Source of the DNA: Candidatus Bathyarchaeota archaeon
Lineage (GTDB): Archaea > Thermoproteota > Bathyarchaeia > 40CM-2-53-6
Direction of reading: 5' to 3'
Length of the DNA stretch: 64,000 nt
Assembly (NCBI GenBank): GCA_963833125.1
Contig: CAWHWX010000018.1
Location: 32,001-96,000, forward strand
A program made the position numbers and the translations under genes. The notes below the pieces were generated by a model. That model was not told where the DNA came from. It made no database searches and worked only from the letters and a program-made list of their open reading frames with translations. Position 1 is the stretch's first letter; the number at the start of each line of letters is the position of its first letter. This document shows, piece by piece, positions 53,648 through 63,253 of the stretch.

Positions 53648-55696
53648 ATGTATCCCGCTCCAAGCCAGGGCCTCGATTTGACTGAACCCCACCGTATAAC
53701 CTACGACCTCCTCCCTCCACTCACCTCCCTGATCATGTACGTGGTTCTCTCGGGGTTCGCCCTGGTCTTCCTATACGGCTTCTACCGACGTCTCCGGTTT
53801 TACTTTAGAGGTTCACTCCCACCGAAGTTTGACCACGTTCGTGAGAGGGTTTGGAGGACTATCACTAACGTCTTCGCTCAGAAGAAGGTTGCAAAGAAAC
53901 CGTATCCGGGATTAATGCATTTACTGATTTACAGCGGTATACTCGTTCTTTTCATAGGGACAACCCTTGTTATGATAGACAGCGACCTCTGGGTTCCCCT
54001 CTTCCACCATCAAATTTTAGTCGGCTACTTCTATCTCGCATTTGAATCGTTCCTCGACGCCTTCGGACTGGTCGCAATAGCGGGCCTCATAATCGCCATT
54101 TTCAGGCGCGTTTTTTCCAGACCCTCTAACCTTCCCACGTCGCGGGATGACATATTCATCTTCTCAATCCTCATAGTCATACTCTCTACGGGCTATTTGC
54201 TTGAAGGAATACGGTTAGCCGTTGATCGCCCTCCTTGGGCCCCGTGGTCGTTCATGGGCAATCAGGTTGCGCTATTTCTAACCAGCCGTGGCGTGGTTGG
54301 GCCTTGGATAGTGGGTTTCTATCAGTATTTGTGGTGGTTCCACGCTCTCCTAGCGTTCACGGCGGTCGCCAGCATTCCCTACACGAAACTCTTTCACGTC
54401 TTCACATCCCCACTAAATGCACTCTTCATTCACCTTCGCCCCAAAGGACAGCTTAGTTCGCCCTTCGATCTCAAACAGGTTCTGGCCTCGGGTAGTTTCG
54501 ATGTGAAAGTTGGGGCTTCGGCGATCACGGATTTCTCTTGGCAACAGAGGCTATCATTTGATTCGTGCACGCAATGCGGCCGATGTACGAATGCATGCCC
54601 CGCAACCGCGGCTGGGACACTCCTCTCCCCCATGCACCTGATACTCAAACTCAGAAACGTGATGTTAACGCAAAGCACCCTTGATGGAGGGAGTTCCGTC
54701 ATGCCGAACATCGTAAACCCCGAGGAACTGTGGGCATGTACAACGTGCCGAGCTTGCGTCAACGAGTGTCCAGTCCTCATCGACCACGTGGATGCGATAG
54801 TTGACATGAGAAGGCACTTGGTAAGTGAGGGAAAGCTCGACCGTCCAAAGAGGGATCTCTTAACTAATCTAGGTAATTCAGCAAATCCGTATGGGCTACC
54901 TCAATCGGATCGCATGAAGTGGGCAGAAGGTTTAGGGGTAAAGACCGCGAAGGAACAACCTGAGTTTGAAATCCTCTACTGGGTTGGATGCTCAGGGTCA
55001 TACGATCCAAGAAATCAAGCAGTATCACGGGCGATCGTGAAGATTCTTCAAGCCGCGAATATTCGTTTCGTCATTCTCGGAACCGAAGAGAAGTGCAACT
55101 GTGAAGCGGCGAGAAGGTTAGGGGAGGAAGGACGTTTCCAACAGAGCGCGATAGAGTTAGTGGAGCTCTTCAAGAAATACAATGTGAAAACGGTTCTAAC
55201 ACAATGTCCACACTGTTTCAATACATTCAACAACGAATACCCAGAGTTCGGAGCAAACCTCACAGTACTGCACCACTCACAATTCATCGAACACCTCATC
55301 AAGACTGGGAAATTGAAACTCAAACCTTCAGTCAAAGGTACAATCACCTTCCACGATCCTTGCTACCTAGGCAGGTACAATGGAGTTTTCAATTCCCCGA
55401 GGGAGGTAATCTCCTCATTGGCTCCCCAAACGACGGTGGAGATGAAACGATCCAGGGAAGGCAGTTTCTGTTGTGGGGCAGGGGGAGCGAACTTCTGGTA
55501 TAAGGTCGATCAAAAGAAGAAAGTAGGAGCGATGCGTTTCGAAGAAGCACAGGAAACGCAAGCAAACATCTTAGCCACCGCATGTCCCTTCTGCACGTCT
55601 ATGCTTGAAGACGCATCAGTTGCCGCAGGCGCCAAGGAATCCCTTACGGTGCGCGACATCGCCGAACTCGTAGCGGAGCAAATCTCAGCTACATAA
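53648..55696 (+). CDS. Membrane-anchored FadF/HdrD-like Fe-S oxidoreductase (ETF:quinone oxidoreductase type)
   Basis: TM domain with His residues, CTQCGRCTNACP, CTTCRACVNECP and CCG-domain motifs (HDPCYLGR, CCGAGG, ACPFC). Adjacent to etfBA. Confidence 0.88.
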   Translation: MYPAPSQGLDLTEPHRITYDLLPPLTSLIMYVVLSGFALVFLYGFYRRLRFYFRGSLPPKFDHVRERVWRTITNVFAQKKVAKKPYPGLMHLLIYSGILVLFIGTTLVMIDSDLWVPLFHHQILVGYFYLAFESFLDAFGLVAIAGLIIAIFRRVFSRPSNLPTSRDDIFIFSILIVILSTGYLLEGIRLAVDRPPWAPWSFMGNQVALFLTSRGVVGPWIVGFYQYLWWFHALLAFTAVASIPYTKLFHVFTSPLNALFIHLRPKGQLSSPFDLKQVLASGSFDVKVGASAITDFSWQQRLSFDSCTQCGRCTNACPATAAGTLLSPMHLILKLRNVMLTQSTLDGGSSVMPNIVNPEELWACTTCRACVNECPVLIDHVDAIVDMRRHLVSEGKLDRPKRDLLTNLGNSANPYGLPQSDRMKWAEGLGVKTAKEQPEFEILYWVGCSGSYDPRNQAVSRAIVKILQAANIRFVILGTEEKCNCEAARRLGEEGRFQQSAIELVELFKKYNVKTVLTQCPHCFNTFNNEYPEFGANLTVLHHSQFIEHLIKTGKLKLKPSVKGTITFHDPCYLGRYNGVFNSPREVISSLAPQTTVEMKRSREGSFCCGAGGANFWYKVDQKKKVGAMRFEEAQETQANILATACPFCTSMLEDASVAAGAKESLTVRDIAELVAEQISAT

Positions 55697-55744
55697 CGTA
55701 TTAATTCGATGATGCGCTGAAGCCCTCAATCCGTGTGATCGACG

Positions 55745-56539
55745 ATGGTAAAGATCCTAGTTCTCATGAAGCAAGTCTATCAAACGGCCGACCTGAAAGT
55801 CGACCGAAGCACTAAGACCATCGTAACCCAAGGAGTTCCTCGAGTCATTAGCGAGGTCGACAAGAATGCCCTGGAAGAGGCGGTGAGGATCAAAGAGAAG
55901 CATGGAGGCAAAATCATAGCGATAACCCTCGGCCCACCCGAAGCAAAAGAGGCGCTAAGAGAGGCATTAGCAATGGGAGCAGACGAAGCCTGCTTGCTCA
56001 CAGACCCGCTCTTTGAGGGGTCAGATGCTCACGCAACCGCGAACGTCTTAGCCGCGGCGGTTACAAGGATTCTCGAATACGATTTAGTACTCTGCGGTGC
56101 ATATTCAGAGGACCTATTCGCTTTCCAAGTCGGCCCACGACTCGCGGAAATGTGCAATTTGCCGCAGATAACCTATGCCACCAAACTGACTTTAGAGGGT
56201 GACCGCGTGACAGTAGAGAGGGACCTTGAGAATGAGAGGCAGGTAGTAGAAGCTAAGCTCCCATGTTTGGTTAGCGTAGTCAGGGAGATCAATGAGCCAC
56301 GACTTCCAACCCTTATGGCAATCATGGCGGCGTCAAAGAAACCCACAAACATTTGGGCCGCACCCGACCTTGCCCTAGGACCGGAAGAGCTTGGATTCGA
56401 CGGGTCGTTGATCGATATCGTCAGAAGCTCGGTCACCGTCGGCGAAAGGAAACGAATCGTGCTACAAGGTGAAGCCCGAGAGATAGCTCCGAAAGTTGCC
56501 AAGGCCTTAATCCAGGAAGGCGTTCTGAAGGCAGCCTGA
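55745..56539 (+). CDS. etfB: Electron transfer flavoprotein beta subunit
   Basis: Motifs DKNALEEA, ALAMGAD, QVGPRLAE and NEPRLPT. Confidence 0.93.
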   Translation: MVKILVLMKQVYQTADLKVDRSTKTIVTQGVPRVISEVDKNALEEAVRIKEKHGGKIIAITLGPPEAKEALREALAMGADEACLLTDPLFEGSDAHATANVLAAAVTRILEYDLVLCGAYSEDLFAFQVGPRLAEMCNLPQITYATKLTLEGDRVTVERDLENERQVVEAKLPCLVSVVREINEPRLPTLMAIMAASKKPTNIWAAPDLALGPEELGFDGSLIDIVRSSVTVGERKRIVLQGEAREIAPKVAKALIQEGVLKAA

Positions 56540-56541
56540 TT

Positions 56542-57515
56542 ATGTCCCAAGAGAACAAAGGCGTTTGGGTATTCTCCGAATCACCACAATTGGCACTGGA
56601 GTTGCTGGGTAAAGCTAGGAGCCTTGCCGATAGCCTTGGCACCGAGGTAGTCGCCGTCACATCGGCGGAGGATGGGAACAAGTTAATTCAAAGTGGCGCC
56701 GACAAGGTTCTGATGATGTCCAACCCGCTGTTGAGTTCGTTCCAAGTAGACACTTATACCGATGCCTTCGAAAATCTCGTAACAGAGCAGAAACCGGACA
56801 TTCTTCTAATCGGAGCGACCCGAAACGGGTTAGAGTTCGCTCCCCGCCTAGCCGAACGACTAAAGACGGGCTGCGTAACCGAAGCAACCAGACTCGAACT
56901 AGACGCAGAAAAGAAGTATCTTCTCATGGACAGGGTCACGTGGGGCGGCAATTTAGTTGAGACTCATATATCAAAAACCAAACCACAAATCGCAACCGTC
57001 GCTAAAGGACTCTTCTCCCCTAACCCTTCAGACGCAGACGCGAACAGGAGAAATTGTCAAGGTTGAACCAAAAATTAAACCCCCGAGCACCAAGATAATC
57101 GAAACGAAACCAAAGCCTATGAAAGGTGTGAAGTTGAGTGACGCCCCGGTCATCGTCTCCTTCGGACGCGGCGTAAAGAAGAAGGAAGATATGGGATTAG
57201 TCGAGCAGTTCGCCAAAACTGTAGGGGGCGTAGTCGCCTGTTCTAGACCTATTGCGGAAGATCTGCGTTGGATGCCGGAGGATCAATATGTGGGCCTCTC
57301 CGGTCAGAAGGTAAGTCCGAAGTTATACTTCGCAGTTAGGAATATCGGGGCAAATTCAGCACTTAACGGGAATCAGAAACAGCAGAATCATAGTCGCAGT
57401 AAACAACGACCCTAAGGCACCCATCTTTGAGTTCAGCGACTACAACATCATAGCCGACCTGTACGAATTCATACCCGCTCTAATGGATGCTGTGAAGCAG
57501 TTAGGGAAGACCTGA
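56542..57515 (+). CDS. etfA: Electron transfer flavoprotein alpha subunit (frameshifts at ~57035 and ~57333)
   Basis: Motifs APRLA, VSFGRG, CSRP and VGLSGQKVSPKLY. The corrected C-terminus is GISGQIQH..AVNNDPKAPIF. Confidence 0.9.
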
Positions 57516-57529
57516 ACAAGTTCGTGATA

Positions 57530-57742
57530 TTACCAGGGTCTCTCTACCGGATAGGCACTTTTCTTTCTCGGAGGAATCAACCCGAGGCATGTCCCCTTAT
57601 GATAGGAAATCATCGAAACGCTGTGAATACCGAACTTTCTTTGAATTTCACGATAGGGCACACCGTTCATAATCATCCTGTCGAGCTGTTTCCGCGCCTT
57701 ATGCTTACAAAGCTTGCAACTAATCTCTACCACATACTCCAA
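57530..57742 (-). CDS. Small putative Zn/HTH protein
   Basis: CKLCKH followed by an HTH-like segment (PYREIQRKFGIHSVSMISYH) and HxxxC. Confidence 0.55.
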   Translation of the reverse strand: MEYVVEISCKLCKHKARKQLDRMIMNGVPYREIQRKFGIHSVSMISYHKGTCLGLIPPRKKSAYPVERPW

Positions 57743-57856
57743 ACAATGGCCTCGTTGTGAGAGGCGTACTGCGTACCGCGTAGTTTCAGAAACTACAAAT
57801 TATTAACGTTAACTGCAAATCTCTCCGATGCGGCAATGGTTTGCTCTGTCATCATG

Positions 57857-59089
57857 CTAAGTGCGTATCAACGATGGAACCGACAGAATGGACGCGGATA
57901 GAAGTGTAATAAACAGTCGTGGGTCACGTGCTAGGTTGAGTAATGTGCGACCTTGGAAGTCGATGTCCGACGTCTTATTCAGAATATCGTCGGCGCCTAA
58001 TTCTTGAGCTATGCTAAAAATTCGGTTAAGGTTGCGATCAGGCAACCGATAGAGGAGTCGCCTTAGCCAAGACATCGCCCATAAGTCAAAACCGAACATT
58101 CTGCGCCAGAGGGTTTCATACTCTTCCAGGTGCGACGCGGAAAATTCTTGGTCACGTACAGCTTTTGCGGCGGTTTCGCCTGCAATTCGACCGCATGCCA
58201 AGCCAAAGACTATACCGCCGCCAGTTGTTGGTTTGACCTGCGATGCTGCGTCTCCAACTGCGAGGATATTATCTGCGTAAGTACGATTTACTGCTCCCCC
58301 TACCGGAATCGGATGATAACTTGGAGGAGTGATTGATTTCGAATGCTTTAGCTTAGCCGAGACTATAGGATGTTTGCCTATGAAACGTTCGAAACATTGC
58401 CGAACGTTAGCTCGAGCACCGGCGGCGATGCCAACTTTTGCTGTTCCGTCATGGCGAGGGATTATCCACCCAAAGAACCCCGGAGCAAATCCTTGACCGA
58501 AGTAGACTTCAACAAAGTCCTCATCAACGTCTACCAGATTTTCAACGCTGAACTGAGCGGAGTTCACCACGATTCCCCTCCCAAGGTTCGTAAAGCCAGC
58601 GTACCTTGAAACAGAGGCTCCACATCCGCTCGCATCGATTAGCACTTTGCAGGTTATGTTCTGTTCTTTGTTACCACCAATTTTCAGCAGGATTTCTCCA
58701 TCGTCTAGGCGTTTGTAGCTTTCAACGCGGGAACTCAGATGCAGTGCAGCCCCGTTCGTCTTCGCTAGATCGGCGAGGTATCGATCGTAGGCTGCTCGAT
58801 TGAGAACCCAGGTTACTGGTTTCGCGCGGTGGAGCGTAAGCGGCATACCCCCAGGCGAGTGCAGGACGGCTCCTTTGATCTCGTTCTCAATGATTCGCCT
58901 TGGCACTTCGGGGCTAAATTGCTTGAAGGCGAGGATTCCAACGTGCCCTGAGCAGTGGGACGGCGTTCCAACCTGCGAATGATCCTCGAGTATAGAGACA
59001 GAAACATTCCTCTTGGCGACTGCTAACGCCGCAGTGGCACCGCTAACTCCGCATCCAACGATGGCAACGTCGGTTGAACTGTGGGGCAA
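57857..59089 (-). CDS. Geranylgeranyl reductase-family flavoprotein
   Basis: Motifs VGCGVSG, PSHCSG, APGFFGWIIP and VGDAASQVKPTTGGGI. Confidence 0.88.
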   Translation of the reverse strand: MPHSSTDVAIVGCGVSGATAALAVAKRNVSVSILEDHSQVGTPSHCSGHVGILAFKQFSPEVPRRIIENEIKGAVLHSPGGMPLTLHRAKPVTWVLNRAAYDRYLADLAKTNGAALHLSSRVESYKRLDDGEILLKIGGNKEQNITCKVLIDASGCGASVSRYAGFTNLGRGIVVNSAQFSVENLVDVDEDFVEVYFGQGFAPGFFGWIIPRHDGTAKVGIAAGARANVRQCFERFIGKHPIVSAKLKHSKSITPPSYHPIPVGGAVNRTYADNILAVGDAASQVKPTTGGGIVFGLACGRIAGETAAKAVRDQEFSASHLEEYETLWRRMFGFDLWAMSWLRRLLYRLPDRNLNRIFSIAQELGADDILNKTSDIDFQGRTLLNLARDPRLFITLLSASILSVPSLIRT

Positions 59090-59157
59090 AGCCTTGTTTT
59101 CTCGACTGCCTAGTTTGAAACAAGCACAGATTTCGTGAAGCTATGGATACTGGTTAT

Positions 59158-59397
59158 CTATCTAATGGTTCGTTGTTCGGCAATTTCGACTCGGCGCTTG
59201 CCTTTCATTTGGCGTGAAACCCTAACTAAGCCGTTAACCTCCAGCTTCAAGAGAATTCGGTTCAACTCGCGAAAACTAAGGTCCTCCTTGCCATTTCGAA
59301 TCTCCCGGAGCAACTCGTCATCTGTTAGTGGTCCCTTTCGTCCTATGAGATCCAGGACGAAAAGGTGGAGGGGACGGGGCCCCCACACTTTCTCCAA
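59158..59397 (-). CDS. Small winged-helix protein
   Basis: GPLTDDELL...ELNRILLKLEVNGLVRV; lies downstream of cdc48. Confidence 0.75.
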   Translation of the reverse strand: MEKVWGPRPLHLFVLDLIGRKGPLTDDELLREIRNGKEDLSFRELNRILLKLEVNGLVRVSRQMKGKRRVEIAEQRTIR

Positions 59398-59420
59398 TCG
59401 AATTGACTCCTTGAATGGGA

Positions 59421-61607
59421 CTATGCTACCGGGGTTGGGGCAGTTGCTCGCTCTCTTCTGAGTCGTCTGGAGAATTTCTGATAAAACGCATCATCCTCTG
59501 CGGCTACGCTTGGGCCTACCCTTTCCATGGCCATGTTGAAGTCGCGTCTTGAGACTTCGGTTGAATTGATGTCATCCCGCAGGGCTGTTATCGCAGCTTC
59601 TCTGCAGACGGCTTCGATGTCGGCGCCGGAATATCCCTGAGCCTTTCTGGCTAAATCCTCCAGGTCAACGTCCGCCGAGAGCGGCATTCCGGTTGAGTGT
59701 ATTTTGAAGATTTCTTTCAATGAGTCCAAGTCTGGGGACGGTACGTAGATCAGCCTGTCAAACCTGCCTGGTCTCAATACGGCTGGGTCGAGCATATCGG
59801 GTCGATTCGATGCCGCTATGACGAGTACGTTTTGAAGGCTCTCGATTCCGTCTATCTCTGTCAAGAGCTGGCTGATCACGTGTTCGCTAGCTCCCGAGTC
59901 AGCGTACCCCAGACCTCGCCTTGGCACTATAGCGTCAAGTTCATCGAAGAATATTATCGCCGGGGCCGCAGTTCTTCCTTTTCTGAATACCTCCCGAATC
60001 GCCTTCTCGGATTCTCCAACCCATTTGGAGAATATTTCGGGTCCTTTTATCGAAATGAAGTTGGCTTCGCTCTCCGTGGCCACTGCCCTAGCGAGTAGTG
60101 TCTTTCCGCATCCCGGTGGTCCATAGAGGAGCACGCCTCGCGGCGGTTTAATGCCCATCTTCTGGAAGACTTCTGGTTTCTTGAGAGGCCACTCGACTGA
60201 TTCCATGAGTTCCTGCTTTACAATTTTCAGTCCGCCGACTTCATTCCAATGCACTTGTGGAACTTCAACGTAGACCTCTCTCATTGCCGTCGGAGTGATC
60301 TCACGGTAGGCAGAGAGGAAGTCATCCATCTTAACCATCATCTTCTCCAGGATTTCGGGCGGGATTCTTTCTTCCTCGAGGTTGATTTCAGGGATGTACC
60401 TTCTCAGTGCTTTCATGGCTGCTTCTCGGCAGAGGGAGGCGATGTCGGCGCCTGTGTAGCCGTGGGTTACCTCGGACAATCGTTTCAAGTCCATGTCCTC
60501 GGCTAGTGGCATGTTTCTAGTATGGATTTGTAGTACTTCGAATCGTCCTGCTTTGTCTGGTACGCCGATCTCTACTTCCCTGTCAAACCTTCCTGGCCTT
60601 CGAAGAGCAGGGTCGATTGCGTTTGGTCGGTTTGTTGCTCCGATGACTATGATGTTTCCTCGTGAGCCCATTCCGTCCATGAGGGAAAGGAGTTGAGCCA
60701 CGACGCGGCGTTCGACTTCACCGGTGACCTCTTCCCGCTTGGGCGCAATGGCGTCCATTTCGTCGATAAAGATGATGCTCGGGGAAGTTTCTTGGGCTTT
60801 TTGAAATATCTCACGCAGCCTAGCCTCTGATTCCCCATAGAATTTGGACATTATCTCCGGTCCCGAGATAACGTAAAAGTTTGCGTCGGACTCATTGGCG
60901 ACAGCCTTGGCGAGCAAGGTCTTACCACAACCAGGGGGACCATAGAGGAATACTCCTCTGGGGGGTTCGATGCCTAACCTTTGAAAGAGTTCAGGGTGTC
61001 TTAATGGCAACTCAACCATTTCACGGATCCGTTGAATCTCCTCGTGGAGCCCTCCAATGTCCTCGTATGTTACGATCGGGATGCCTTTCTTTTCGGGTGT
61101 CGGTTCGCTGAGCACCTGTACGTGCGCGGTTTCGTTTATCTTGACAGGGCCATGCGGTCTCGTTCGAGTAACGATAAGTGGGACGGCGCTTCCAAAAATC
61201 GATAGGAGAGTCATATCTCCTTCGATGAAAGGCATGTCCATGAATCTTCGTTTAACGAAGCTAACAAATTCCTCATCCACACTCAGTCTCACATCTGTGG
61301 GAGCGAAGACTATCGCTTGCGCGTCCTTTACTTCCGCCTTCCTTACGCTTACGTACTCGTTAAGTGCGACGCCGGCGTTTCTACGGATGAGTCCGTCCAT
61401 CCTTATGATTTCCTGACCCTGGTCTTCAGCGTAGGCGGGCCAAGCCACGGCAACCGTCATTTTCTTGCCATGAATCTCGACGAAGTCACCTGCCGTTATT
61501 CCAAGCTTCTGCATAGTATCGTTATCTATTCGGACCTTACCGTGCCCAACGTCCCGTTGCCTAGCATCTGCAACTCTGAGGGAAGATTCGCGGCTACTCA
61601 TTGTCAT
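59421..61607 (-). CDS. cdc48: CDC48/VCP AAA+ ATPase
   Basis: N-domain plus two AAA modules (GPPGCGKT twice; ALRRPGRFDR and VLRPGRFDR). Confidence 0.97.
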   Translation of the reverse strand: MTMSSRESSLRVADARQRDVGHGKVRIDNDTMQKLGITAGDFVEIHGKKMTVAVAWPAYAEDQGQEIIRMDGLIRRNAGVALNEYVSVRKAEVKDAQAIVFAPTDVRLSVDEEFVSFVKRRFMDMPFIEGDMTLLSIFGSAVPLIVTRTRPHGPVKINETAHVQVLSEPTPEKKGIPIVTYEDIGGLHEEIQRIREMVELPLRHPELFQRLGIEPPRGVFLYGPPGCGKTLLAKAVANESDANFYVISGPEIMSKFYGESEARLREIFQKAQETSPSIIFIDEMDAIAPKREEVTGEVERRVVAQLLSLMDGMGSRGNIIVIGATNRPNAIDPALRRPGRFDREVEIGVPDKAGRFEVLQIHTRNMPLAEDMDLKRLSEVTHGYTGADIASLCREAAMKALRRYIPEINLEEERIPPEILEKMMVKMDDFLSAYREITPTAMREVYVEVPQVHWNEVGGLKIVKQELMESVEWPLKKPEVFQKMGIKPPRGVLLYGPPGCGKTLLARAVATESEANFISIKGPEIFSKWVGESEKAIREVFRKGRTAAPAIIFFDELDAIVPRRGLGYADSGASEHVISQLLTEIDGIESLQNVLVIAASNRPDMLDPAVLRPGRFDRLIYVPSPDLDSLKEIFKIHSTGMPLSADVDLEDLARKAQGYSGADIEAVCREAAITALRDDINSTEVSRRDFNMAMERVGPSVAAEDDAFYQKFSRRLRRERATAPTPVA

Positions 61608-61801
61608 TCTCTCGAATGGTGATTTCGTCTTGAGTTGTTTTGACCGTCAATCGTGCTATTAAAGTTCCTTTCGGGTTCCGTGCGCTCAGTTCTCTTTCGG
61701 TTTCGGCCCAGAACCCCGCGGTCAAATAGTGCCATGCTTGTGTCAGCTCGGATTTTGTTACTTTAGGTAACACGTTCGCATTTAAATGTTACCGAACGTA
61801 A

Positions 61802-62071
61802 CTAAACTCGGCCGACCCTTAGGACCTCGATCTGACTCACTTGGTCGACGCCCCGAATGGCTTCCTCAACGCCGTCCATTTGGCCGGCTGCATCTTCGGG
61901 CAGAACAACATGTGCTATGAGGGCAACAAGGCCGAACGCCACTGGTTCTTCGTCAAATCGCTGCACCGTAGAACCGGCCGGAAGTGAAGATTGAATCTTA
62001 GATTTCAAGGCGTTCAGATCGATGTTCGCGTCGCTCGGAAATATCTTGATGGACGCCAGAACTCTCGCCAA
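61802..62071 (-). CDS. ef1b: Archaeal translation elongation factor 1-beta
   Basis: MARVLASIKIFP...EEPVAFGLVAL; TTG start at 62071. Confidence 0.92.
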   Translation of the reverse strand: MARVLASIKIFPSDANIDLNALKSKIQSSLPAGSTVQRFDEEPVAFGLVALIAHVVLPEDAAGQMDGVEEAIRGVDQVSQIEVLRVGRV

Positions 62072-62094
62072 AGTCTTACACTCTGATCGAATTC

Positions 62095-62292
62095 TCAGGG
62101 CCCCGTGTAGCCACACTTCAAGCAGCGATAAGGTCTGCCGAACATTCTACACTTCTCACAACGCCAAATCGTTACTTCGCCGCAACTCGGGCACGGAAAT
62201 TTCACCGCTCCTTCTCCTGGCAGAATCGTTCGCGCGCACCAAGTACAGGTAGGCATACGGATGATTTTCTCAGTAGTTGTCGTTGTACTCAT
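62095..62292 (-). CDS. HVO_2753-like zinc-ribbon protein
   Basis: CTWC..FPCPSCG..IWRCEKCR..YRCLKCGYTGP, in its usual position upstream of EF-1beta. Confidence 0.9.
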   Translation of the reverse strand: MSTTTTTEKIIRMPTCTWCARTILPGEGAVKFPCPSCGEVTIWRCEKCRMFGRPYRCLKCGYTGP

Positions 62293-62465
62293 TCGTATGC
62301 TCCTCGCGGGTTCTCTCAGCCAAGTCTCTGGAGGTTATAAATTGATTGCTAATTCCATCGATGGCATCCTTTCCTTAGGCCGATCGCCATCGACCGACAA
62401 ATTCAAACAGTGGTCTGCAAATCCTCTCATAGCGAACTGCCGCCTTGAACGGTGGGAGAGTAGCT

Positions 62466-62912
62466 TTGGTCAAGATAGATTCTATTTGCGATCTGGACAG
62501 GTTCAGACGGTTCATGATAATGAGTACATGTCAATCCTATATCCCACCTGAACTCGACGAAGATGAGACCATCTACCCCGAAAGGTCCTCAGAGAACGGC
62601 ACAATGTACGTTGAGGCGGAGGATAAAGAGACCGTCCATCAAGCACGCGACCTTAGGTTCGCGAGAGTTTCAAACGTTCTTGGAATAATATACAACTCGA
62701 AAAGTGGTCGTACCCAGCTGAAGTGGCGCCACATGAAAGGGAGAGTAGGGAGACTAAGTGGTGAAGCTAGTCCAAACACATTGGTCAACTTATTTGCATC
62801 AGGGGCGCTACCTGAATCCTACGCTATCGCCGGCCGTGAACCTGTAGCTGAGGCTGCCCAACCAAACGAGCAACCCCCCGATTCGATAAATGAGGCCTTC
62901 GCTGACACCTAA
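62466..62912 (+). CDS. Hypothetical protein
   Basis: Long open frame with protein-like composition between core genes; no function recognised. Confidence 0.65.
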   Translation: MVKIDSICDLDRFRRFMIMSTCQSYIPPELDEDETIYPERSSENGTMYVEAEDKETVHQARDLRFARVSNVLGIIYNSKSGRTQLKWRHMKGRVGRLSGEASPNTLVNLFASGALPESYAIAGREPVAEAAQPNEQPPDSINEAFADT

Positions 62913-63253
62913 TATTATGCCATGCCGCTGTTCCACGCCATTCAAGCATTCTCCGGGATTTGCGTCGTCAGAGTCTAAAGTTGTAATCTAGATCAAACGA
63001 GGCGTATTCAATCGTAGTCGACCGAACCATGCGCCTTGAATCGGAAGCTCGCAAGGAAGGTTTGTTAGAACAACGTTACACGCACGGCAAGTGGAATATA
63101 ATAAAAATCTTCGTAAAAGGCGAGCTTCGCGAGATAATCGTGAACCACAGGGAAGAGTACTCAACGAACTAAACACGTCTAGCGTATAGGCGCGTACGTT
63201 AGACAAGTTTTGTAATGACGGTCAACAACCTGAACCCGGAGTCGCAAGCGAGC

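Noticed and set aside
1107-57515. Programmed frameshifting or mass pseudogenisation as the cause of split genes
   Set aside because: No consistent slippery sites or in-frame nonsense decay were seen. Breaks are small indels at CGCG or short homopolymers, which fits read error better. The remnant at 10385-10890 is the exception.
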